Shown here: positions 14,801-25,498 of the stretch, in pieces
Layout: each line of letters opens with the position of its first letter
Numbering within the stretch: position 1 is the first letter of the stretch
Origin: Mytilus edulis
Taxonomy: Eukaryota
NCBI RefSeq assembly: GCF_963676685.1
Contig: NC_092346.1
Coordinates: 35,712,001 to 35,776,000, forward strand
Length of the DNA: 64,000 nt
Direction of reading: 5' to 3'
Notes under the pieces: model-generated
What the model was told of the DNA's origin: nothing
What the model saw: the letters and a program-made list of their open reading frames with translations, nothing else
The model's database searches: none
Position numbers and translations under genes: made by a program

Positions 14801-16977
14801 AACAGTTAGATATAATGTTAAACATAGGTAACAAAATATTTACTTACTTGTAAATCAAACATCATCTTTGTACGAATAAAGTAAAATAATACAAATTGAC
14901 TTAATCATACAAGTGAGAGGTTTAGCTAGCTTTAAAAGCAATTTTAATCCACCATTTTCTACATTAGAAAATGTCTGTACCAAGTCAGGAATATGACAGT
15001 TGTTATCCATTCGTTTGATATGTGTGTTTGAGCTTTTGATTTTTGCATTTGATTATAGACTATGTGTTTTGAATTTTCCTTGGAGTTCAGTATTTTTGTG
15101 ATTCTACTTTTTATTAATACGTATAACCGATACAAGATTTTCATAAAGACCAATCTTTAACGAAAATACATCTTACCATGGTTGTTAAGCTGTGTTCTGC
15201 ATTGCCGCTGCAGGCCTGGCTGGTTATGTAACCTCGAAAGATCGAGTTAATGGTGTTAAAGAAACTAGATTTTCCCGCTCCCACTTGACCAACCAATAGA
15301 ATACGTGCCTGAGGAACTTTTAAATCCTTCAATGGCTTGTATTTTTCTACCTTTTCTTTCAATTCGTTTAGCAACTGAAATACATGTAATTACATTGGAA
15401 AGATAACTTCACAAGTACTGTGAACGCTATCCTACATTGATTGATTGTTGGTGTTTTAATATCACAACATATCCAAATTGGCACGTGTTAGGTGTACACG
15501 ACTGCACATTTACTAGGATTGTTAATTTTCTACCGAAGATCGGTGTTGTTCTCCGGGCATTACGGTTACCTCAAACATAAAATCTGACTGTCACGAAATA
15601 GCACACTCGATCATATCAAAGTTGTCAATTCAGATTTGTATACTGGTTTTATCATTCTCATTGTTTATCGGGCAAAGACTACATGAAATGCAATTATCTA
15701 TTTTCCAGGCCTTATTTCTACCTTTTAAAGAAAAATAGCATCGTGCATGTGAGGTGAACATTCTGTAGATCTTTATTTGAAACAGTACAAAATGATGTTG
15801 ATGAGTATACTCATGTTTTATTTATTTGATTGAAAGTTACATTATTGCAGTGCATGGTATATGCATATATTTTTTTATTGTGATACATGTGTTTAACTTC
15901 AATTACAAAATGTATGGACAACGTATAAATTATACACCAGTAATACGTCTGCCGAACAAAATTTCAATCCTGCTAACTATGAGTTGTTTAATAGTCATAT
16001 TGAATATCAGTCGTGCACCGAAACGTATATTATACAAAACAAGAAAAAAGAGAAGCAAAGAATCTTTGACATCGAATATTTTAAATCGTTATTTATTTTA
16101 GAAGCCGTTTTAGGCCAAATGATGTGTGTGATAATTGAGAATGAACAAAAGTGAAAACAACTACTTTTACTAACCTTGGGATTCCATTTTGCAGTCTTTC
16201 GCCATGGTTCGTCCAGTGGTGTCCCTCCACCTAGATCTAATGCAACAATGAAAATGATGATAATAACCCTAAATACCTTCATGGTGTTTGTAGTAAAACA
16301 AACAAATGCAGAAACATTTCTTTAAGATTTCAATGATGAATTTAATATTTGTTCTAGAAGCTAAAAGAGTTTTTCTAGATGAACCCAATAGATATCAAAA
16401 TTGACTAACTGAATTTTTTTATATCATTTGTTTTTATGTTTAAAAATCACAGTTTACCTTCTACCAAATAAACTTCAATGTCTTTTACTTTAAGATGACC
16501 ATTAGCAATAGAGTTGTAGTTTTCTCCATTCATAGTGTACGATACTCCAAAGCTGGCACCTCCATTCAGAGAAAAGTTTGTTCCATCGAAGTTTACTGTA
16601 TTCGAAAATGTTTGTAAATCATGCCCACCAAAGGTAGGTCCATAAGAAGCGTTATCGTATATGGCATTTTGTGCATTCATAACAGACATGCGCACTGGTT
16701 TCCAGTTACCATTCTGATAAAATCTAAAGAGGAAAGCTGAACCATCATTCTGATAGTTGCCAACACTTTTCCAATTGACTGCAGTATACCCACCATACAT
16801 AAAATTGTCTGCGTTATACAAAACTGTAACTGTTGGACCTTTATTGTTACATGTATTATGGAAAGCTGTGGAAGTACATCCATCTCGGGAAGCCTTATAC
16901 AAAAGTGTGTATTTCTTCCTCCCTCCAATCCATTTTGTGAGTTGATTTTGTTCTTTCTTTTTGAATTGGATAGTCAT
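11839..16977 (-). CDS. IFI44L: Interferon-induced protein 44-like (TLDc domain + P-loop GTPase-like domain), copy 1, intact
   Basis: Exons 16977-16458 (TLDc: LLYKASRDG, FHNTCNNKGPT, GGYT, YGPTFG, DIEVY), 16236-16175 (linker, EPWRK), 15374-15177 (RILLVGQVGAGKSSFFNTINS Walker A), 14785-14639 (LHDTRGLE), 14035-13864 (IHCVIFVLDG), 12149-11839 (GIPQVVLLTKIDK..KNYESE). All GT-AG, phases 1/0/0/0/1 are compatible. Confidence 0.92.
12244..13100. mobile_element. Non-autonomous DNA transposon (CAG termini) in last IFI44L-1 intron
   Basis: Imperfect TIR cagaggtgtttac / gtaaacatgtctg, flanked on both sides by tattta. Confidence 0.55.
13256..13530 (-). mobile_element. ~275-bp 3'-terminal fragment of the Penelope-like element at 61154-63170
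   Basis: Reverse complement matches ~62910-63168 (ccacatgtggagcaggatctgc...tttgactgtc..tttggta..gtccctctt). Confidence 0.8.
14905..15112 (+). repeat. Dispersed repeat family (other copies ~19620-19795, 20650-20840, 40795-40990, 51600-51715, 52150-52440, 54415-54585, 56655-56880)
   Basis: Shared core ccaccattttctaca..aaatg.ctgtaccaagtcaggaatatgacagttg in both orientations. Confidence 0.8.
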
Positions 16978-17297
16978 ATTGATGGCTGTAAAAGGAGAAG
17001 TGTTTAGATGTTTTTGATCAATATAAATAGTGTGACAATTTTCATGTTCTACTTGTACATTAATTTATTTTAAACAAATAATTCTTTTGGTCGTAGGCAA
17101 AATGTAATAGTTAGCCTTTTCACAATTTTAAAAGAACAATTGACTTTAAATTATCATTATTTTTTAAGTTTATATTTCTTTATACTATAAAATTTGGCGA
17201 CATATTTGTAAATCAACTTACCTTATTGTTATTTGTAAATTGAATAGTTTTTAATGAAGGTAAATAGTTATCAAAAGTACCAGGATTATAATTTAAT

Positions 17298-17341
17298 ACG
17301 CCAGACGCGCGTTTCGTCTACATAAGACTCATCAGTGACGC
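17298..17341 (-). ncRNA. Minimal type-I hammerhead ribozyme
   Basis: Minus strand: GCGUCA-CUGAUGA-GUC(UUAUGUA)GAC-GAAA-CGCGCG-UC^UGGCGU. Intact core, stem I, 3-bp stem II and palindromic stem III. Confidence 0.88.
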
Positions 17342-17653
17342 TCAGATCAAAACAGTTAAAAAGCCAAACAAATACAAAGTTGAAGAGCATTGAGGACCCA
17401 AAATTTCAAAAAGTTGTGCCAAATACGACTAAGGTAATCTACTCCTGGGCGTAAGAAAATCCTAAGATTTTCGAAAAATTAAAAGTTTTGTAAACAGAAA
17501 ATTTATAAAAATGACCATATAATTGATATTCATGTCAACACCGAAGTGCTGACTACTGGGCTGGTGATACCCTCGGGGACGAAACATCCACCAGCAGTAG
17601 CATCGACCCAGTGGTGTAAATAGTTATCAAAAGTACCAGGATTATAATTTAAT

Positions 17654-17697
17654 ACGCCAGACGGGCGTTTCGTCTACATAAGACTCATCAGTGACGC
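17654..17697 (-). ncRNA. Minimal type-I hammerhead ribozyme (second copy)
   Basis: Same intact core; stem III reads CGCCCG instead of CGCGCG. Confidence 0.82.
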
Positions 17698-18710
17698 TTA
17701 GTAAAAGGTACTTGAGATTAGCATGGTTAAGTGAAGTGGTCATAAAATTCAGATAAACGACAAGTTAAAGTAGTGTGGTACCTAAAAAAGAAATAGCTAT
17801 TCTTAGTCGTTCCAAAAAGATAACGTTTTAGTTTTATTGTAGGAAAGGTATTAAGAAAGATTAACAGAAAACGGAAGCCCAATGTACCAGTCTTATAATT
17901 TATCACCTAAACAAGTTTCAAAATAGTTGGAAGATCGAACTGAGTACGACATAATATTTTTTTACGTCTGACGAATCGTCTACATTGGACTATTCAGTGG
18001 AGCTTGAATAAAATATGAAGTTGAAAAGCACGAACACCACATTTAAAAAAAAAGACTTTGGGTCAGGTCATACTTTATAAAAAACAGAAAAAATTAAATT
18101 TTTAACGATATGAAATACAATGTTTTTACGATAAACCTGGTGTGTTGACAATAAACGCAAATCTCTTGTACGTTATCATTGAAAGTTTATAACTTTATTG
18201 GTATAACATGTAATAAATATTTGTGTCTATGAACTTTATTGTTGGACATGTTCTTAACTGTTATTAAAACAAATTGTGTAATAAAATTGAGAATGGAAAT
18301 GGGGAATGTGTAAAAGAGACAACAACCCGACCAAAGAGCACACAACAGCAAAAGGTCACCATCAGGTCTTCAATGCAGCGAGAAATACCCGCACCCGGAG
18401 GCGTCCTTCAGCTGGCCCCTAAACAAATATATATTTACCAGTTCGGCGATAATGAACGCCATACTAAACTCCAAGTATGTATTAAGTATTCAAGATCATT
18501 GTTAAACGTAAGGATAAACATGCACATGTCAATGAAAACAGGTCACGTGTTTAAATAGAATAGATGAATCACTTTAAAAAAACAAATCTAAAAATGGACA
18601 CATTTATTTTAAACTAATTACAATAAGTTTACAAAAAATGATATAAAATTCTTTAAAATGAAAGATACGCATCTGAACATGTACAATGTTTTAGAAAATC
18701 TGTTGACATT

Positions 18711-18860
18711 TAACTTACCGTTATTGTCGATCTGAAACACACAGACGTATTGATTTAGTTATTCAGTATTACATCAATCTGTATTTTCCAATTTTTAACC
18801 ACAATGTTATTTTCAGAAAATCAAAAGGGAAAGTAGAAGGAAATATATATTCCTTTCCAT
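18711..18860 (-). promoter_or_regulatory. Putative 5' non-coding exon and promoter of IFI44L-1
   Basis: Donor ACG|GTAAGT at 18719/18718 is conserved in copy 2 (52878/52877). The adjacent GAAA-rich block is also conserved (18817-18860 vs 52976-53020). The TLDc exon has an acceptor 8 nt before its ATG, so an upstream exon is required. Confidence 0.55.
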
Positions 18861-19424
18861 CAGTTAATTTACATGTTCTACCAAACTGCAATTATTTATA
18901 TTTTCTAAAAATGATAAACAACAAGAGGACAGTAACGTAGTATAAAATTCAAAATGTAGAGATCTATAGATTCACAAATTTAAGTATAACATGTATTAAT
19001 GGTCTTAGTATAAAATAGTAAACAATAATACATAATTAATTTCATTATGTAAGGACATGTATTGAGTATGATTAAAGAATTTCATAAATATATAATACAA
19101 ATAGATTTGTTCTGGCCACATGATAGTGTAATAAAAAGAAGTACTAAGACAAATTCTTAACCCCGAGGTAAAATAAAAAGGGGAAATCCATAAAAGCTGA
19201 CAAAACCGAATTGTTTCTTGTATAACTTATTTGTTGTGATTTTCAGACATAAACATTTACGAAATTCGAACAGCCGGTTATTGAACTAACTTTCAAATAT
19301 ACATATGAAGCTATACATGAGAAACTGCAGTTTTTGTCGTAAAACACCGTAGTTGACGGCCTTGTTGTTGTGTGCAATGTTTAAATTCAAGTCAGTCATG
19401 CTTTTTCAAACACAACTATGAATA

Positions 19425-19562
19425 ATTAGTTATAAACGGTTCCAGGCTTATAATTTAATACGCCAGACGCGCGTTTCGTCTACATAAGTTACATCAGTGA
19501 CGCTCAGATCAAAAAAGTTAGAAGGCCAAAGGAGTATAAAGTTGACGAGCATTGATGACCAA
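19425..19562 (-). repeat. Truncated retrozyme-family copy, hammerhead core damaged
   Basis: acgccagacgcgcgtttcgtctacataagttacatcagtgacgc; the core reads CUGAUGU. Confidence 0.75.
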
Positions 19563-21772
19563 AATAAAAAAAAAATGTTTGATGAGTATGCACGGCGAGA
19601 TGCACGGTATCTATCAACACAAAATTAAGATAACACAAATACTGAGCTCTAAGAAAAATTCAAAACGGAAAGTCCCTAGCAAATAACAAAATCAAATGCT
19701 GAAACGGATGCAACGATTGACAAACAACTGTCATATTCCAGACTTGGTTTCTTCATGTAGAAAATGATGGATTAAATCTTGTTTTAAAGCTAGCAAGTAT
19801 AATAACCAAATACAATGACTTAGAAATTTGAGGCAATACTTTTCAGTGGGGATCAGATCTCATAAATCCATGTTGAATACTGGCATACAAACGAAGTAAA
19901 ACAGCGCGAATATCATATACATGTACTGTATAATATCTAACTTGGAAGTATCCACACAGTTTTATATTGGTCTAAAAAAAAGGCTCTGAACTTATCTATC
20001 CATATCAATAATATATATATATATATGATAAACGGAATACTTTATATTAGTAAAAATCAGCTGAAAAGAATTGTATTTTGCAATAAGAAAAACAAATCGC
20101 CTTTTAAAAACATACTAATACGATAGTGTATAATTAGTACGCTATAGAATTTTAATTTTGTTATTTTCTTATCTAGTCAAATCAAGCATGGAACTTTAGT
20201 TGCGTATTTAACATTTTTATTATAATCATCTTTTGTATTTTATTCCAAAATTTTGTGTTCCTTTTTTTTAAATATACGCGCTTGAAACACTGATTATCTC
20301 AGACCACGTGACAGTGTTGATATATGTAACGAGAGAAAATGACACTGCAATATATAGCTTTTCCCAAGTGAAAATCTGTGGGTAGGTACCTATTTCTTGG
20401 CATGCTTATTTCATTTATTTAGAAGCATCAAATATCGCTGATCTAGTATCCTATTTTTCTAATTATACAATATTATCACTGCGTAAAGTTTTGTATTCTA
20501 CTTCCTTATTTGGATTAATCAATATATTCTGGCTGGTATTGAGTTTATTATTTTCCGTCAATATCGTTAAAAAAACAAACATGAGAAATATGGTATAGTG
20601 ATTAATAATAAATTGTGATTAAGATTTATAATACAAATTCTTAATGCTTTATTCCAATTTTTGACATTTTCACATATTATGTCTATTTGTTTTGTTCACA
20701 CATCGTTGTTAATATTATGGAATTGTATGCAACTGTCATAAAAGTTAGACGGTTAGTTAGCTAAAACCCAGATTTAATTTACCATTTTCTACATTAGCCA
20801 ATGTCCTGTAACAAGTCAGGAATATGGCAGTTGTGTTCTATTGGTGATGGCGATTCTGTTTCTTGCACATCGGTTTTCCTGTTTTTTGGTTTTTTTCTCT
20901 TACAGTTGATGTGTTTCACGCGGTTTTGGTTTGTAGCCCAGATTTTTTTTTTAAATTGATTTATAACTTTTGAACACCGGTAAACTACTGTTGCCTTTAT
21001 TACATGGTTCAGAGCCGTTCTGTTCGAGTAACATCAGATGGTGATATAACACCAATAATGCAAATGGATTTTGCATACCTTCGACTAAAAGCTAAATGGT
21101 TTAGTTAGATTTCGTAAAATATATTGAAATAGATTAACCAAATCCGTTTATACAGAACAGTGTCTATTATATATAAGTATTTCTAGTCAGACATTGATAA
21201 ACAGGAAATACTTATAGAATATTATAATGCTATTGCCAAATATATTTATATATGTTATACACATGATACAATAGTTTTACAATTTTTTACAGGATTTAAT
21301 TTGTAGAAATTAATGAAACACTGAAAATTTTCCAAAACAAAAAAAGTTGAAGCATTTGAAAACCTTAATGTAATTTGTTACAACAAACGTTAATGAAACG
21401 TGACTAAAAAGATTATCAATATTGAAAGATGTAATTTGTTTTAAAATATACTGAACAAATTGATTTCTTCACTTTGTCGGGTTCAAATACCTTTTATCCA
21501 TACAATTAACAAAACTGAATAATTAAGAAGTAAGCACCCATTCGTATAAGTCAATGAAAAAAGCATTTTATAATTTCGAAACTGCAAAGTGCTTCTCTGG
21601 ATTTGCCTTCAAAACTCATTCCTATCATAAGAAAGTCAGTGGTGTATAATAAGTAGGAACTTATATATTTAAACTCATTAATATTGTAATTACCTGCAAT
21701 TCCACATGAACAGATAAAAATAAAAGTAACTTTAGATTTCTTTTCTTTTTCAATTGCCAGATGTATTAAGAA

Positions 21773-23443
21773 ATGGCTTCGTCAATTCCATGTGGACCCT
21801 GTAATCATGATAGCGTAAACAAGAATGCAGAGAAATGGTGCACCGATTGCAACGAAGGGTTTTGTAATGGATGCGAAAAGGCACATAAATCAATGAAAAT
21901 GTCGAGGGACCATAATTTGATCCTCATTGAAGACTACCGCGTAATTGAAAATATGAATATTGTCTCAGAATGCCAGGATCACGGGTCAAAACTTGAGATG
22001 TATTGCAAAATACATGAAATGGCTATTTGTATTACATGCTTTCCCGCAAAGCATAAGGATTGTTCCGATGCCATCATTCCTCTTACCGAAGCTTCGAGAG
22101 ATGCGAAAACATCGACTTCTTTTACGGACTTGGAACATACTATTAACGACACATTGGAAAACATAGAAATATGTCTTCAGGATCGCGAAGCAGCTGAAGA
22201 ACGAATTGAAAAGCAAGAAATGGCAATAAAGAAAATTATCTCCAATACGCGTGAAAATATAACAAAACATCTTGATAATCTGGAAAGAAAATTATTCAAT
22301 GAGTTGTCAACAACATATTCATCTTGTAAGTCAAAATATGGAACGTTAAAGAACCAACTAAATAGACTTGAAAAGGAAATTAAACGCCTCAAGGGACAAA
22401 CAACTAATCTAAAACGGTTTGCCCCCGACCTACACGTATTCCTGAGTACACAGCAGATGACTAAAGAGGTACACGAAGAAGTAAATGTGATTAAAGAAGC
22501 CATACGATCCGTTAGAAATTATGATATAGAAATTGAAATACACCAGGGGATTACTTCATTGCTAAAAGATGTCGACTGCTTTGCAAGGATTAAAGTGGAC
22601 GAAAGTACCATCAGCTGTCCTTTTAAGGAAACAAAGATTGATCAAGCCCAAATACAAGTACAAACTAGAAAATCAGTTCATGATACAAGACTACAATTGA
22701 AAAAGAAGTTCACAATTAAGCAAACAGGAAATAAAATGTACATTTCAGGATGTATTATTTTGGCAAATGGGAACTTTTTGATTGCAGACTACGAAGGACT
22801 GAATAAATTATTGGAGTATAACGAAGACGGAAATTTTATCCGTGATATACAACTTTCTGCAAAGCCATATAATCTGACAACAATAGAAACTGATCAAATA
22901 GCAGTTTCTTACTCCACTCTATCCTACATCGAGGTTATAGATATAAAGCAAATGATCGTTCTAAAAAAAGTGAAATTCAAAAACAGTTGTTTGGGAATAT
23001 CATACAGTGAAGGAAAGATTTTTGTTGTAGTGAATAATGAAGGAATTGTGGTCTTGGATATCGAAGGAACTATGCTTAATACAGTCAAGTGTACGCCTGG
23101 TGTTTATAATATAACAACGTGCAAAACCAGAATATACTACACACAATTAAAACCGAGCACGATTTACTGTTGCAGTAGAACTGGAGAGGAAATATGGAAT
23201 TTCAATGATAATTCATTTGGATTTAGTGGAATTTCTACTGATCGTGATCAGAATGTTTTTGTAGTAGGTAATAAAATTAATAATCTTATGGTGCTACAAG
23301 ATGACGGGAAAGAAAGCAAAATCTTACTTAGTCGATCCGAAGGACTAGAAAAACCCTCACGTTTATGCTACAACAAGGAAAAGAACACCTTACTAGTGTG
23401 CAACTCCATTAATGGAAATGTGTTTTTATACAGTGTTATTTAG
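21773..23443 (+). CDS. RING-less TRIM-like protein (B-box1, B-box2, coiled coil, NHL-like beta-propeller), intact single coding exon
   Basis: 556-aa ORF: CGPC..AEKWCTDCNEGFCNGCEKAH..H, CQDH..MYCKIH..ICITC..H, heptad-rich middle, propeller repeats (NGNFLIADY, GISTDRDQNVFV). Splice acceptor at ~21760. Confidence 0.9.
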   Translation: MASSIPCGPCNHDSVNKNAEKWCTDCNEGFCNGCEKAHKSMKMSRDHNLILIEDYRVIENMNIVSECQDHGSKLEMYCKIHEMAICITCFPAKHKDCSDAIIPLTEASRDAKTSTSFTDLEHTINDTLENIEICLQDREAAEERIEKQEMAIKKIISNTRENITKHLDNLERKLFNELSTTYSSCKSKYGTLKNQLNRLEKEIKRLKGQTTNLKRFAPDLHVFLSTQQMTKEVHEEVNVIKEAIRSVRNYDIEIEIHQGITSLLKDVDCFARIKVDESTISCPFKETKIDQAQIQVQTRKSVHDTRLQLKKKFTIKQTGNKMYISGCIILANGNFLIADYEGLNKLLEYNEDGNFIRDIQLSAKPYNLTTIETDQIAVSYSTLSYIEVIDIKQMIVLKKVKFKNSCLGISYSEGKIFVVVNNEGIVVLDIEGTMLNTVKCTPGVYNITTCKTRIYYTQLKPSTIYCCSRTGEEIWNFNDNSFGFSGISTDRDQNVFVVGNKINNLMVLQDDGKESKILLSRSEGLEKPSRLCYNKEKNTLLVCNSINGNVFLYSVI

Positions 23444-25461
23444 TTTGAATGCTTTTTGTTTAGAGTCAGTATTGACAGTGTAGAGATATATTTGCTCGTA
23501 CAAACTTTTAATACATTTTATCTTTCTTATAGTTTTATATAATACTGATTCAGATTAATGCTTATGGAAATATAACTCTTCAGCGTCAACTAAATGTTCA
23601 AACGGCGGAGCACAAAAACTGTTTTGGTCCTTCCATGAATGGAACTATACAATATAAATATTATTTAACAGAGGATTTACATTGAAATTATCTGCATTAG
23701 GAATTAAATTTGAGATAAGATTTTAATGACAAAGTTAAAGCTTCAGTTTTTAGAATTTGAAAGAGTTTATCATTAGCAGACACTTGTGAAAAGAATTTCA
23801 AATTAGCTGTATTTTTCCATGGCTGCATGCATTACTTTTGTTTGTTTTTACATGTACCTTCATAATTGTTGACCTTTTAAAGTCGTCAATTACTAACAAG
23901 ATTTGATGTAACTGTTTACAACTTAGAAGTAGAAAAAGACCGATATGAAAAAAAGAAACACAACAATAATTTTTTGAGGTCTTAGTTCATGTAATTTGTG
24001 TATGTTTTTATAATATAATGTTCGTCTTTTTGATATGTTTGAAAACAATAATAATAATGTATGTTATATGAAAGGAAATTTGAGTATTTTTTAACAACTG
24101 AACCAATTTATCAATTATTATTCATATATTTCAATGATAACGAATTATGCCTGTGTAAATAAACTCATCATAGATATGTACATAATATTGAATAGAAATT
24201 TTATATTGTATTGGTTCAAGTACTCAGGTTTTGTTATAAACAATGAAGTTAGTTTTGGCAATGTATATAAACTCATCATAGTTACCAGGTTTAATCTTTT
24301 ATACGCCAGATGCGCTTTTCACGATGTCAGTCATTTTTTTCATTGGTTGGGCATTTATATTTAGCCAGTGCGACAGCGAGGGGTGAAATACGAATATAAA
24401 TGCCCAACCCATGGTTAAATGAAAACGAATCTACGGCTGCCATGTATTATTTCGATTCTAATAGTACAAATTCGGTAATTTTGTTAACCGTGAAACACTA
24501 GATACTGGTTTGGCTGTTCCGTTTTACCCCAATATGATACTATTAGTAATATTATATTCATGTAATTCAATAATACCTTTTTTTTTAAATCGCATTTTTC
24601 ACTTATACTTATGTTCTTTTAATGTAACTTCTGTGGATTCTGAGGCGTACAAGAAGCTTAAAAAACCCCGGGTGTTTTATTTTTGATTTACGGTAACATA
24701 CATATGACGTCACTTTATTTCGTTGCCATGCAAAGACGATAACATTTCCAAGAATGTTTTTGTAGGGAAATTTACCATGAAAAATAAATTGAAATGGACT
24801 ACTTTGTTTATTTTGTTTTCGAATAGATATAACAAAATTGTATCTGATTCTTGGCTTGCGTAAACTGTTAGTGTTGATGTCGAAAATTGAGAATACCTGG
24901 TAATATTTTTTAAGTTGGGCGTAATGCAGAGCAGCACGTTTTGTGTATTTATGCGCTTGCGCTAAAATAAGATAGACTGTGATTATACTGATTGATGATA
25001 AAAGGTCGTCATATCAGAATACTGTTTAACTTATCATTTAGGTATCAAAAACTCAAAGTCATTTATCATATTAATTGATTTGGATTTGTCGTCAAATATT
25101 ATAAAAAGTTACAGCTATTACATTAATGCTAGCAAGACAAAACTTTGTTTGGCTTGCTTGCTTTGCTTGTATCAATGTTTGCTCAAGCATGACAATTAAG
25201 ATAGGCGGGGCTTCAGCTTGTATACATCATACTTAAATCTTATTGGACATTACGTTTGAGGTTAAGGACACTAAATTTTAAAACATCACATGACTAATAT
25301 TATTATCACATGTTTCCTTACCTGTAAAAACAATTTGATGTAACAATAAGTGAGGTAATTCGATGATTGATATATCATGGTATTAAATGTGAACCTGTAC
25401 CAATCACACCGATTTTTTTGCTGTTTTATTAAAAAAAATAGTTTACTTTAATATATTCATT

Positions 25462-25498
25462 CTGAGACTACTATAACACTGTGTTATAGTAGTCTCAG
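25462..25498. repeat. 37-bp perfect palindrome flanked by a 7-bp direct repeat
   Basis: attcatt-CTGAGACTACTATAACAC-T-GTGTTATAGTAGTCTCAG-attcatt. Confidence 0.8.

Larger units (their letters stand above)
17260..17698 (-). mobile_element. Retrozyme-like repeat: 356-bp unit plus 83-bp direct repeat, with two hammerhead motifs
   Basis: 17260-17342 is repeated at 17616-17698; each copy carries a hammerhead on the minus strand. Confidence 0.85.

Noticed and set aside
17553-17614. Possible opposite-polarity hammerhead (ctactggg CTGGTGA..GAAAC..cccagtgg) inside the retrozyme unit
   Set aside because: The core is CUGGUGA and there is no stem III or NUH cleavage triplet before the closing strand.
21960-22503. 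Overlapping alternate-frame and antisense ORFs within the TRIM gene (similarly within TLDc, ORF2 and RT)
   Set aside because: Shadow ORFs of real coding sequence with no independent features.
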